IMG/VR virus record: IMGVR_UViG_3300032300_000481
Location: 1-41,959 of that record
Origin: a virus
Lineage: Duplodnaviria > Caudoviricetes
DNA: 41,959 bases
Reading direction: 5' to 3' (one strand)
In this document: piece after piece, positions 17,542 to 27,062 of the stretch
Numbering within the stretch: the stretch's first letter is position 1
Layout of the letters: every line of letters begins with the position of its first letter
Position numbers and translations under genes: made by a program
The notes under the pieces: generated by a model
Told to the model about the DNA's origin: nothing
Seen by the model: the letters and a program-made list of their open reading frames with translations, nothing else
Databases searched by the model: none

Positions 17542-18745
17542 TTACGCAACAGTAGGTTACAATAATATGATTTATGTACCTCCGTACGGCTTAACTGCTA
17601 GTATTGACTACATGCTAAAGATAAACCCTGTAGACTATTCAATTACTAAGATACCACTCGCAGTAGATGCTAGCACAGAAAAATGGCAGTACGGTACTAC
17701 AGTAGGAAACAAGATTGTGTTTTTTCCTTATAACGAAAGCAAGATACTAATTGTCAACTGCGATACCGATACTGTAGACTACGTTGAGTTTCCAATGCCA
17801 GGGCGTGGCAAGTATGTAAAAGCACACGCACATAACAATCAAGTAATAGCATTGCCGTACGGTGAGAATGAGGTATTCAATTATGCTTGTTGCTTTAATG
17901 TTGATGATTACTCTTTACTATTGAAAAAGATAGAGTGTCCTATCAATGACGAAAAGAAATGGCACACTAGTCAATACTTAAATGGCACAATACACGCCGT
18001 GCCGCGAGGTGAACGCTGGACTGAGAATTACTTCTCTTATAGAATAGAGTTAAATTGCGACACACTAGATTATGACTTAGTTGATATGAGTGACTTGTGG
18101 AAGGACTACGATCAAGAACCCTATTCAAATAAAAAGTATACTACATTAGCCAAAGTAGGTAATAAGTTATACGCACCACCGTATAGTGAAAATCCTAATT
18201 TTGACATTATGTTAAAATTTAACAAGACGTGGACACACGAGCGTATGGGTTTAAAAGCTACTAGTAGAAAGTACTATAGTAATACAGTAGCCGCAAATGG
18301 TAAAATTTATTTTCCTCCAGCAGGACATGAAGAAGATTGGAGTGAGATGCTAATCATCGACAGTACAACCGATGCATGGCGTACTGTTAATTTGGGTATT
18401 GGTAAAGAAAGTAAAAAGTACTTTACTGGATGCGAAAATAGTCAGGGTAAGATATATTACATTCCACGTGGCGGCTGTGTATGCGAGCCAGAAGAGTCTT
18501 GGAAAAGGTCCGGAGATTTAGCCGAGATACTTGTAGTAGATACTAGCACTGATACATTCTATACTGTGGACATCAGTGAGTACTTTGTAGACAACACAAC
18601 TATAGAAAAATATAATTGTTCTGTAATGGTTGATGATAAGATATTTGCGTTGCCCTACGGTGAAAGCGATAGCTTCCAAACGTTGCTAGTATTTGACACT
18701 ATTGAAGAAAAAGTAATTAAGGCAATAGACTTAAATGGCGTATAA
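17522..18745 (+). CDS. Beta-propeller repeat protein
   Basis: Repeated blade motif: NMIYVPPYG, NKIVFFPYN, NQVIALPYG, NKLYAPPYS, GKIYFPPAG, GKIYYIPRG, DKIFALPYG. Start at ATG 17522. Confidence 0.65.
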   Translation: MTPQAFSYATVGYNNMIYVPPYGLTASIDYMLKINPVDYSITKIPLAVDASTEKWQYGTTVGNKIVFFPYNESKILIVNCDTDTVDYVEFPMPGRGKYVKAHAHNNQVIALPYGENEVFNYACCFNVDDYSLLLKKIECPINDEKKWHTSQYLNGTIHAVPRGERWTENYFSYRIELNCDTLDYDLVDMSDLWKDYDQEPYSNKKYTTLAKVGNKLYAPPYSENPNFDIMLKFNKTWTHERMGLKATSRKYYSNTVAANGKIYFPPAGHEEDWSEMLIIDSTTDAWRTVNLGIGKESKKYFTGCENSQGKIYYIPRGGCVCEPEESWKRSGDLAEILVVDTSTDTFYTVDISEYFVDNTTIEKYNCSVMVDDKIFALPYGESDSFQTLLVFDTIEEKVIKAIDLNGV

Positions 18746-19865
18746 AGCATTCCAAGACTTTTATCACGAACAGTCTATTAAACATTTAGTGTTGCACGAG
18801 CATAACGGAATCCTTGTGAGTCCTCCTTTTGCTACAGAGTCTTGTAAAATGTACAGCAAGGTGTTATGCATCGACGGCAACAAGCAATGGACTATTGATT
18901 TAGACTTACCTCCTGTTACTAGCAAGTTCAACGTTGCTATAACAATTGGAGATAGTATTTGGTTTATCCCTTATGGTATTTGGGACGACTTCAACATAGT
19001 TGTACAGCTAAAAAACTTTCAACCTATCTATCATAAGATAGACATGCCGGGTAGGGGACAGTTTTATAGCACAGCCACTGACGGTACTACAGCATTTAGT
19101 TTTCCATTAGGCTATGAAGATACCAGTTACGGATTGTACATCAGCAACGACACAGTAAAAGTTGTTCCGTTTGATAAACAGTCGCATACAAAGTTACACA
19201 TGGGTACTGTATATTGTAATGGACGTTATTGGTCAGCACCCCGTAGCGACAATCCTGGATACATTAACATGATGAGTTTTGATGGTGGACAACTAACTGC
19301 TTATCCTATTACAGTAAAGAATCCCCATGTGACTAGAAAGTACACAGACATTATAGTTAAAGGAACAATTATGTATGTGTTGCCGTTTGGTGAACAACCT
19401 GGCATGACTGAACTAATTGAATTCGATACAGTAACTAATACATACCAGTTACATGAATTAGATATGCCCGACTTTGCTAAAAAGTTTAATTGTGGTATAC
19501 TAGTGGACGACACTATCATAGCATTGCCTTACGGAGATGATAACACCGAAGATAGTAACTATGGATTAGTGTACGATACTGTTACTGGCAAGCATACTAC
19601 CTTTGACATAAGTATTGCCCATGGCGGCAAGTATCGTTTTAGATCCGGTGTTGCCTATAATGGTAATGCTGTGTTCTTGCCTTCAGGAACTCCTGCATGT
19701 CCTATACTAGTAATAAACAAGCAAGGACAAATAATACATCAAAAGTACATGCCTGAATATTTGTTGGGGCGCCCTGTTATACATAACGGGTCATTAATGA
19801 CAATGGCACACAACATGGCTACGCAAGAAAGTCAGCTGTTGATTTTAGATTCTTTTCTTAAATAA
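18735..19865 (+). CDS. Beta-propeller repeat protein, paralog of the upstream gene
   Basis: Repeats SIWFIPYG, AFSFPLG, RYWSAPRS, IMYVLPFG, TIIALPYG, NAVFLPSG. Confidence 0.65.
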   Translation: MAYKAFQDFYHEQSIKHLVLHEHNGILVSPPFATESCKMYSKVLCIDGNKQWTIDLDLPPVTSKFNVAITIGDSIWFIPYGIWDDFNIVVQLKNFQPIYHKIDMPGRGQFYSTATDGTTAFSFPLGYEDTSYGLYISNDTVKVVPFDKQSHTKLHMGTVYCNGRYWSAPRSDNPGYINMMSFDGGQLTAYPITVKNPHVTRKYTDIIVKGTIMYVLPFGEQPGMTELIEFDTVTNTYQLHELDMPDFAKKFNCGILVDDTIIALPYGDDNTEDSNYGLVYDTVTGKHTTFDISIAHGGKYRFRSGVAYNGNAVFLPSGTPACPILVINKQGQIIHQKYMPEYLLGRPVIHNGSLMTMAHNMATQESQLLILDSFLK

Positions 19866-20743
19866 ACGTCACTTAGACAACTACACTTATCTTTACCGCA
19901 GATAATTGTATTTGTAGGCATTGTGTAACTTTTTAAACTTCCAATAGTGCCGCCTTGCTGGCATTCGGATCTGTAAATGTCGCCCCACATGTCTACACTT
20001 ATCATATGTAGTCCTGCCCAACAATCCCAACCTTTATGGTGATTTAAATTTTGAATAATCAAGTCGTTGCCTGTAACAGGCTTTCCGTATAACAACAACT
20101 CGCCTCTGTGTACTTTAGAATCGTCTACTTTTCTAAAGTAGGGCCATGCTTTAATCAATGCTTTCTGTTCAGCAGTATAGTCGCTAACGTTGTTGGTAAT
20201 AAAGTCGCCGGATGTTTTGTCTAATACTAGTTTAGGCCATATTGCTAGTTTATCAGTGCCTTCATTCATCTGTTTAGCAATATCAACTATCTCATCGAAC
20301 TTAGACTGTACCATCATTAGGTTAACAACAATAGGACACTCGACGGCATTGGCTATATCAATAAAGTGTTGTACATCCGAATACTCTTCATGATAGCTCA
20401 TTATTATAGCATCGGAGTATTGGCTAATCTCTTTATAGTATTCGACAGACTGACTGCCATTAGTTAAAAATGAAAAGTATTCGCCCTGTGATTTTACCAA
20501 ACGAGCAAGGTCGGTAAAGTATTTCCAGTATGTAGGTTCACCGCCACTAATTCTATAGCATATAGACTTGCCTGGTACATTGAACGTCTTTACAAAATTC
20601 TCTACAACTTCCCACTGAGGTTGCCCAGTCGTGCCGTTATGCAAGTTACTTGGACAGTAACTACACTTATAATTACACTTGTTAGATAAAGTCCAACTGA
20701 CTAGGAACCAATCTTCTTTGGCAGGATTTTGATAGGTTATCAT
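19832..20743 (-). CDS. Radical SAM protein, type A
   Basis: CNYKCSYC, SGGEPT and LTNGS; C-terminal WDCWAG..C..CGKDKCSCLSD. Confidence 0.9.
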   Translation of the reverse strand: MITYQNPAKEDWFLVSWTLSNKCNYKCSYCPSNLHNGTTGQPQWEVVENFVKTFNVPGKSICYRISGGEPTYWKYFTDLARLVKSQGEYFSFLTNGSQSVEYYKEISQYSDAIIMSYHEEYSDVQHFIDIANAVECPIVVNLMMVQSKFDEIVDIAKQMNEGTDKLAIWPKLVLDKTSGDFITNNVSDYTAEQKALIKAWPYFRKVDDSKVHRGELLLYGKPVTGNDLIIQNLNHHKGWDCWAGLHMISVDMWGDIYRSECQQGGTIGSLKSYTMPTNTIICGKDKCSCLSDVYLRKESKINS

Positions 20744-21387
20744 TCTGATACTGCTTGCCCAACAATTAAGTCGTGTGTGCGTTGATTTACTTTAACGGTT
20801 AAGATTAAGGCGTGTAGTCCATCACTAAAACTAAACACACTATGATCCAGTTGAAAGTTTACAAAGTACAGGAAACCTGGCTCTGGATAGAATGTCTTAC
20901 CATCTAACAAGTGTACATAGTTTTCTGGCTTACACTTTCCAAAGACAGCTAACAATCTAACATATTCTGGATCCGGGCCGACAAAATCCCTATGGGGTGG
21001 AAAGAACCCGCCTTGGTCAACACGCAACAAGTGTACACGGCCAATATCAGGTCTAAACATTTCAACAATGTCTACTATCTCTGGCATCTCACTATACACT
21101 TTAGTTGGTGTGTTAAAGTTTTCTTCTTTCATCTCAACATTGTGATATTTTTGCATGTAGCCAAAGCTGTTAAGGTGATAGTTGTCATCAACATCGCCTG
21201 TATGGCTAGTTAACGGCAACCCCCAACGATTGTTAATTTTATCTTTTTTAACATTGTAAGGACACCAGTTGTCTTTGAATTGTTCTAGATTCTGTAATAC
21301 AGCATCGCCATTGAAGTGTAGTTTCAACTTTACAATGTCGCCCATATTACATAAACTATTCCAGAGAAGTGCTCTTTCAATATTCAT
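20740..21387 (-). CDS. 2OG-Fe(II) oxygenase-like (beta-hydroxylase-related)
   Basis: GRVHLLRVDQGGFFPPHRD..DHSVFS. The distal Arg seen in the other copies is not evident. Confidence 0.75.
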   Translation of the reverse strand: MNIERALLWNSLCNMGDIVKLKLHFNGDAVLQNLEQFKDNWCPYNVKKDKINNRWGLPLTSHTGDVDDNYHLNSFGYMQKYHNVEMKEENFNTPTKVYSEMPEIVDIVEMFRPDIGRVHLLRVDQGGFFPPHRDFVGPDPEYVRLLAVFGKCKPENYVHLLDGKTFYPEPGFLYFVNFQLDHSVFSFSDGLHALILTVKVNQRTHDLIVGQAVSE

Positions 21388-22805
21388 TACATATTCCTTA
21401 ACTCTGGAAAGATTGTTTTGTAATCTGTTCCACGCATTTCATCGAGGTTAGTAGCATACTCTCTAAAGTCAGGCAACAGGTGCGAATGGTCCTCTGCTTC
21501 AACAAAGTTTAAAATACTTTCCCAACGTTTCCATCCGTTTGGATTGTGTTGCCAAAATTCATCGCCTTGTGTATAATTATCCCACAACCATTGTTTAAAA
21601 TCCAATAGTTGGTTTCGTAATTCTTCCTTATCCTGCTTAGGTAAGATTCTAGGACTTAAAAATGTAGGAATATACAACATGTGCATATTTATTATGCCAC
21701 CACCTGCTGTGTATTTTTCAATTTTAAATTTATTAATTTTATTAAATTTTTGTTGTATAATCCATTTAGCAAAATCAATAATATGTTTAACATTGAATAC
21801 TTGTACAGCACACGCAATGCCCACTTTAATATTGTCTGGAGTTGTGTCTAATTTATGTAATGCTGCAACTGTTTCGTCCCAGCTTACTGGATAACGAATG
21901 TAATGGTTACGATCTGCCACTGCGTCAATACTAAAGGCAAATCGTACTTCTTTAAAGTTACTCCAAAGATCAATCATCTTATCATCAACGAGTACACCGT
22001 TTGAGTTATATCTTACTGTGATATTCTTACTTTGACCACGACGAACTATTTCTTCCAAGAAACGTCTATGCTCTTTGATCATCAAAGGTTCGCCGCCGGC
22101 AAAGTATAACTGTTTAATATTTGGAATTTGATCAAATATCTCTTCCCATAGCTCAGGACGCTCGTACCATGTATTATTAAATTTTTTGCTATCCCAACTA
22201 ACTTGTTGTAAGATAATTGGACTACGAGTTTTAGCAACAAGTTTGTCATAGTCTTGTGTCCACTTACTGCTGTCATGCGGAGTACACATTACACATTTTA
22301 AATTACAAGTATGACCTAATCTTAAATCAAGGTATCGTATAACTGGAGGTACTTCGCCGTCTACTGTAGTTTCTTCAATGAGTTGTTTTAAGTCAATACC
22401 TTGATTATCCCAGTAGTAAGACTCCCAGATGCGTTTACTTGTGATTCCATTAGACTCTTCTTCGAAGCATTTACTACAACTTAATGGAATCTTTTCATCT
22501 ATCATTGTGCGTCTAACATCTTTCATGTATTCGTTGTTAAACGCACTTAATAATGTATCAGTGCCAAAATTAGCCGGCTCCCCGTTTTCTTTTTTAACAA
22601 GCCCGGCGTCCATGATACCATTAGTGGCTTGACTAGCATTGCTTCCGCAACAGAGTCTAGCATCACCGTTAGGGCGGGTAGCTACATGTATCCAAGGCAG
22701 GGCACAAAATGTTGTCGATCCTGATACCTCGGTTATTCTATCCTGCCAAGATCTTAGTGTTTGGTTATTATGATCTAACCAGAATATTTTATTCAAATTG
22801 TTCAT
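21387..22805 (-). CDS. Radical SAM protein with N-terminal twitch/SPASM-like domain (type B)
   Basis: CALPW-..-ARLCC..CSKC, CNLKCVMC, FAGGEP, YNSNG, SID and YIRYP. Start uncertain (22817, 22805 or 22796). Confidence 0.9.
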   Translation of the reverse strand: MNNLNKIFWLDHNNQTLRSWQDRITEVSGSTTFCALPWIHVATRPNGDARLCCGSNASQATNGIMDAGLVKKENGEPANFGTDTLLSAFNNEYMKDVRRTMIDEKIPLSCSKCFEEESNGITSKRIWESYYWDNQGIDLKQLIEETTVDGEVPPVIRYLDLRLGHTCNLKCVMCTPHDSSKWTQDYDKLVAKTRSPIILQQVSWDSKKFNNTWYERPELWEEIFDQIPNIKQLYFAGGEPLMIKEHRRFLEEIVRRGQSKNITVRYNSNGVLVDDKMIDLWSNFKEVRFAFSIDAVADRNHYIRYPVSWDETVAALHKLDTTPDNIKVGIACAVQVFNVKHIIDFAKWIIQQKFNKINKFKIEKYTAGGGIINMHMLYIPTFLSPRILPKQDKEELRNQLLDFKQWLWDNYTQGDEFWQHNPNGWKRWESILNFVEAEDHSHLLPDFREYATNLDEMRGTDYKTIFPELRNM

Positions 22806-23781
22806 TAAACTTGTCAACCTCTCCGCATTGTTTTGAACACTCTTTAAGAGGAACAGAAGACCACATCTGTTCTATTTCTTTAAATATACCGCTATCAAAG
22901 ATTTCTTTTAAAGAATACTCTGTTAATTTTAAATGTCTGCCAATAGTATCCATGTAGTCAATTCTACTAAAACTAGGAGGAATCATCCATTCCATATCTA
23001 ACCAACAACATGGCACTACATTACCCGTGGCACTGATATATAAACTTTTTTCTTCTTTAACCTTACAACGTATCACTTTCTTTTCTATAGCAGGTATGCT
23101 TGCGTAGTCAGCTACTTTTATGGCAATAGTTTTACTTTTATCTGTAGCATACAATGTATGTATAGTCTTTCCTGTTTTATCTAATACCTTTAAACTATTT
23201 CCGTAAAACCTAGATGTGTTTTTAGAATAAAATTCTTTAAAACCTAAATTGTTGGCTAGATTTTTACATTCAAGTACTTCATATTTGTTGTGATCGAATA
23301 CTAACATGTCCCATACCGCATACCCTCCCGCATTAATGAAAGCAACCGCATTGTCAATAATCTTTTGCCAATCAGTGCCTATTCTATACATTACGTGGCT
23401 TTTAGCTAATCCATCGATACCAAAACGTACTTTAACTCCGAGTTTGGCTAACTCAATCCACCAGTTTGTATTTCTCGCACTACCGTTAGTATTCATACCA
23501 AGTGATATATCAGGGTTAACTGATCTAATATATTCGAAGATTTGTAAAGAATCTTTGGCAACTATAGGATCTCCTAAATTGCCACACATATATATTCTAT
23601 CCAACTGCTTGATAAACTCGACAGGGAACCATCCCTTAAACTGCCCTAGTGAAATTTCAGTAACAGTCATAAATGGATTATCAACGCCACCTTGTATATT
23701 ACGGGCACACATTGGACAACTAGCTTGGCACCGGCTAGTTATTTCCAAATGTATAACTTTGATATCTTTTAAATTATACAT
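22789..23781 (-). CDS. Radical SAM protein with C-terminal SPASM/twitch domain (type C)
   Basis: HLEITSRCQASCPMC, CGNLGDP, TNGS and FGIDG; C-terminal C..LYISATGNVVPCC..CSKQC. Start at ATG 23781. Confidence 0.9.
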   Translation of the reverse strand: MYNLKDIKVIHLEITSRCQASCPMCARNIQGGVDNPFMTVTEISLGQFKGWFPVEFIKQLDRIYMCGNLGDPIVAKDSLQIFEYIRSVNPDISLGMNTNGSARNTNWWIELAKLGVKVRFGIDGLAKSHVMYRIGTDWQKIIDNAVAFINAGGYAVWDMLVFDHNKYEVLECKNLANNLGFKEFYSKNTSRFYGNSLKVLDKTGKTIHTLYATDKSKTIAIKVADYASIPAIEKKVIRCKVKEEKSLYISATGNVVPCCWLDMEWMIPPSFSRIDYMDTIGRHLKLTEYSLKEIFDSGIFKEIEQMWSSVPLKECSKQCGEVDKFNEQFE

Positions 23782-24781
23782 TTTTCTTTTTGGTAATCCT
23801 GATATCCGATGTGCAGTCACAGTAGATTTTTTTACATTTAACTGGGGCTATCATATCTGGTTTGAATTTTGTAGTAAATTCAGCATCGTATATATTTAAA
23901 GCAGTATCAAAAATCTTTTCGCCGCAAGTGCCTTCGATGATACCCGAGTAACTAATACCAAGTCGGTCTAGACCTATGTTACAATCCCAACCGTAGAATT
24001 TGTTCCAGTCATTCTCCATCAGTCTAAATGTATTATAAGGTTCTTCAATACCGTTTGAAAATATAACTGTTGCTTCTTTTTTATCAGTTTCGTCTATTTT
24101 GCCGTTGGATTTCATATACTCTATGTAATCTGTAGGCGGCCGCTTCTTAACAGCATCTCTCATAAAATTTAAATGTTCTTCTCGATAATTTGGCATTACT
24201 GCTCCGCTTGACGGATCTGTAATTAACACAGTCTTTACAAGCCACGGAGTGGTATGATCTATCAATTGATTCAATATATTCATACTGTCATCCCATGCCA
24301 GCGGATCCATTAATACTTGCGCACCACAAAACGCATCCGTTTTATTATAAATTAAATCTAACAATTCTTTTACATGATTAACGTCGACTTGTTCTCTATG
24401 TACACTAATTTGAATGTCATCAAAGTAACTAGCATACTCCTCCCACCATCGAATAGTGCGAGATCCATTTGTATTGAGGGTAATCCTGCAACCAGTGGAT
24501 AAGTGAATACGTTTAACAAATTCGCCTAGCTCTGGCCATAGCGTTGGCTCGCCACCGTTGATAGTTAATCGAACATTTGTTTTATTGTAATTAATTTTGT
24601 ATACAGATATCAAATGTTCTAAATTTTTGCACAACACATCCAAGTCCATAGGGAAACGATATTGTCCGTCGTGGGATGCCGGCCAACAATAATTGCAATT
24701 GTAATTGCACGTGGACGTAACAGAATATGTTATATACAAATAATTTTCATGATTAAAATTAACAATAGAAATTGGTTTCAT
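23774..24781 (-). CDS. Radical SAM protein, type A
   Basis: CNYNCNYC, NGGEPT and NTNGSR; C-terminal WDCNIG..C..CKKIYCDCTSD. Confidence 0.9.
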   Translation of the reverse strand: MKPISIVNFNHENYLYITYSVTSTCNYNCNYCWPASHDGQYRFPMDLDVLCKNLEHLISVYKINYNKTNVRLTINGGEPTLWPELGEFVKRIHLSTGCRITLNTNGSRTIRWWEEYASYFDDIQISVHREQVDVNHVKELLDLIYNKTDAFCGAQVLMDPLAWDDSMNILNQLIDHTTPWLVKTVLITDPSSGAVMPNYREEHLNFMRDAVKKRPPTDYIEYMKSNGKIDETDKKEATVIFSNGIEEPYNTFRLMENDWNKFYGWDCNIGLDRLGISYSGIIEGTCGEKIFDTALNIYDAEFTTKFKPDMIAPVKCKKIYCDCTSDIRITKKKNV

Positions 24782-25371
24782 AATAATTTACCAATTATCA
24801 TATAACGTGTGTACAAGGGTAATTCTAGTTCGCCTGACCATAAAACATTTATGCCACACTGTGATTTAAATTCTTCAAGATTACTAGCAATACGAACGTG
24901 TTCTGGAATATTATAATTATTGCTCTGTAACACGAATAATGTATTATTCGGCATTCCGCTTAACCATAAGTCGTACTGGTCTTGTGTAATATGTTCACAG
25001 CTAGTATTAATCACAACATCGGCATCACTGCGGATAGTACACATATCAGAGGTTACTGCGCGAAACTTACCTGCTATTTCTTCACCCTTATTCATCATAG
25101 TAGCAACTGATTCGCAAGTGGGGTCCATGTCTATACTACGTATATTAGCAATTGGGATATGGCTTTGGAACAGCATACTGGCTAATACTCCTACCCAGCC
25201 ACCGTGTATATCTATTGACACAAACTTTTTTACATGCGGACTTAACTTCTCTATCAACCATTCCTTACTTTTAATTTGTCCGCTCCAGAAGGCATCCATA
25301 GTCCTTATAGGATCTGGGCTTTGACGTATGGCCTGCATCCAATAGTGTAAATGTTCTGTATCTATTTGCAT
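24778..25371 (-). CDS. Class I SAM-dependent methyltransferase-like protein
   Basis: IDIHGGWVGVL (motif I), RSIDMDP (acidic motif II), DM, and DVVINTSCEH. Confidence 0.75.
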   Translation of the reverse strand: MQIDTEHLHYWMQAIRQSPDPIRTMDAFWSGQIKSKEWLIEKLSPHVKKFVSIDIHGGWVGVLASMLFQSHIPIANIRSIDMDPTCESVATMMNKGEEIAGKFRAVTSDMCTIRSDADVVINTSCEHITQDQYDLWLSGMPNNTLFVLQSNNYNIPEHVRIASNLEEFKSQCGINVLWSGELELPLYTRYMIIGKLL

Positions 25372-26324
25372 TTTGGTATTTTACTATCCGCCGAGCTAAC
25401 ACACGAGGGTGTTATACAATTTTTAGGAGATAAGAATAAATTAAATTTTTGTAGATCTCCAAGCGGCTCTTCATGACAACTATATGCCCTCTTAATTTCT
25501 TTACCTGTTATTATAACACTTTGATAGCCTGAGTTGCAAGTCCATCCTTGAAACTTATTAAATCCAAATGCGTTAAATCTCTCTGCCTGATCAAAATAAT
25601 AATCTTTCTCACCGTCACTAAGCCTAATTTGGTATAAGTCTTCCTTATTATTTTTTTGTGGAAATCCTGTTTTCATCAATAACATCATATCATTGGTATA
25701 GCTATCAACTACTTTACTAGCAGTAGGATCGCTTTGCGGTTTAAGTGTTACATTAATACCACGTTTATAAAATCGTTCCATTCGAGCATACAGTTCATAA
25801 AACTTTTCAGGAACCATTACTTGGTTGATTGTAACGTGTACACGCTCATACATTAGCTGTAAGCACTTTTCACCGAACTCTTGTTCCTTGGCAAACTCAT
25901 CATGGAAGCTGGCTGTAACACTTCTACGTTGTAGCAGGGCAGTATTTGAGCACCAAGTGTTCCACCATTTTGAACCCGGTGATAAATTGGTAGTCATGTG
26001 TATGCTTTGATAACTACTTTCTTTTTCATCAAGGTGTTTGATTAACTCTAACAAATGTTTATAAGCTGTAGGCTCACCACCGCTGAACGACCAATGAAAC
26101 TGGTTAAACCCATTAGCTCGTGCTTGACGCTTTATCTCGTTCACCGTGGATTTATATACTTCAAGCGGTTGATGATCGATCTGATCACTGCGAGCATAGG
26201 GCCAACAATAGCTACATTTATAATTACAAAATCGACCCAGTATCCAACTTATGTTGAATAATGGGCGATCTAACATGGTCTGTTGTCCAAAATACTTTAT
26301 ATTATCCCACGGAATTTCGTTCAT
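25362..26324 (-). CDS. Radical SAM protein, type A
   Basis: CNYKCSYC, SGGEPT and TTNLS; C-terminal WTCNSG..C..CITPSCVSSAD. Start at ATG 26324, 4 nt after TAAATA. Confidence 0.9.
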   Translation of the reverse strand: MNEIPWDNIKYFGQQTMLDRPLFNISWILGRFCNYKCSYCWPYARSDQIDHQPLEVYKSTVNEIKRQARANGFNQFHWSFSGGEPTAYKHLLELIKHLDEKESSYQSIHMTTNLSPGSKWWNTWCSNTALLQRRSVTASFHDEFAKEQEFGEKCLQLMYERVHVTINQVMVPEKFYELYARMERFYKRGINVTLKPQSDPTASKVVDSYTNDMMLLMKTGFPQKNNKEDLYQIRLSDGEKDYYFDQAERFNAFGFNKFQGWTCNSGYQSVIITGKEIKRAYSCHEEPLGDLQKFNLFLSPKNCITPSCVSSADSKIPKCK

Positions 26325-26328
26325 ATCG

Positions 26329-26373
26329 TATTTAAGTAAGCACACTTCTCTGTTTAAAAATTTAGACTAAATA
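26329..26373. promoter_or_regulatory. Divergent pair of TAAATA motifs
   Basis: TATTTA at 26329-26334 (4 nt from ATG 26324) and TAAATA at 26368-26373 (8 nt from ATG 26382). Confidence 0.6.
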
Positions 26374-26381
26374 TTGTTATC

Positions 26382-27062
26382 ATGAAACAAATTCTTATAG
26401 AAAAATTTTGCAATTTTAATCAAGAAACCTTTGTAGATTTTAATGCAGAGATTTCTAAAAATTTACCTTTTATAGGTAATCTCACCGCTTCCTTCGATTC
26501 AAACGGAATTATATGGGGATACTTAGACTCTGATTTTTGGTTTGTTAAGAAAACAGAAGGAAAATTATTTGAAAACGACGGTGTGACCCATTGTGTGGAT
26601 TTTTGGAAAAATGAAGATCAATATAAGATAATAACTGACCTATACGAACTAAACAAAGCTGAAAATTTTTGTATAATGCCCGAACCGGTGGATTTCGAAA
26701 AACACATTTTAGAAATCGATAACCATCCGTCCGGCAATCCTAGAGGAACTGAATTCTATTACACAAAATTTAAAATCCCACTCAATGGTTATATATTTCC
26801 GATGCATTTTGTTAAGAAAGAAAGTCAGATGTCATTTATGACATATTCAGACAAGTTATTTAAAATACTGTTGGCTCTAAAACAATTAGGGCATTCTTAT
26901 TGCTCACCACCAACTCAACATATGTATAAAGATAATGTACTGTTTATGTTTGACTCTCCGTTTAATATGACATCCGAGAATCTAAAGAATCATATTGAAG
27001 ATATTAGAAACCCTAACTTTAGAGAATATACAAGGAATTTATGTATACAATATCAGATTTAA
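26382..27062 (+). CDS. Hypothetical protein (226 aa)
   Basis: ORF fills the gap between two minus-strand units and is preceded by TAAATA. No family recognised. Confidence 0.7.
   Translation: MKQILIEKFCNFNQETFVDFNAEISKNLPFIGNLTASFDSNGIIWGYLDSDFWFVKKTEGKLFENDGVTHCVDFWKNEDQYKIITDLYELNKAENFCIMPEPVDFEKHILEIDNHPSGNPRGTEFYYTKFKIPLNGYIFPMHFVKKESQMSFMTYSDKLFKILLALKQLGHSYCSPPTQHMYKDNVLFMFDSPFNMTSENLKNHIEDIRNPNFREYTRNLCIQYQI

Noticed and set aside
23306-23899. 197-aa plus-strand ORF and similar antisense ORFs (e.g. 435..800, 5794..6192, 24920..25324, 36428..36949, 41360..41677)
   Set aside because: They lie opposite well-supported genes and show no motifs or initiation signals.
19832-26324. Annotation of type A radical SAMs as MoaA or QueE (molybdopterin or 7-deazaguanine pathway)
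   Set aside because: No moaC, queC, queD, folE or dpdA in the window, no MoaA C-terminal GG, and four divergent paralogs argue against a single housekeeping role.
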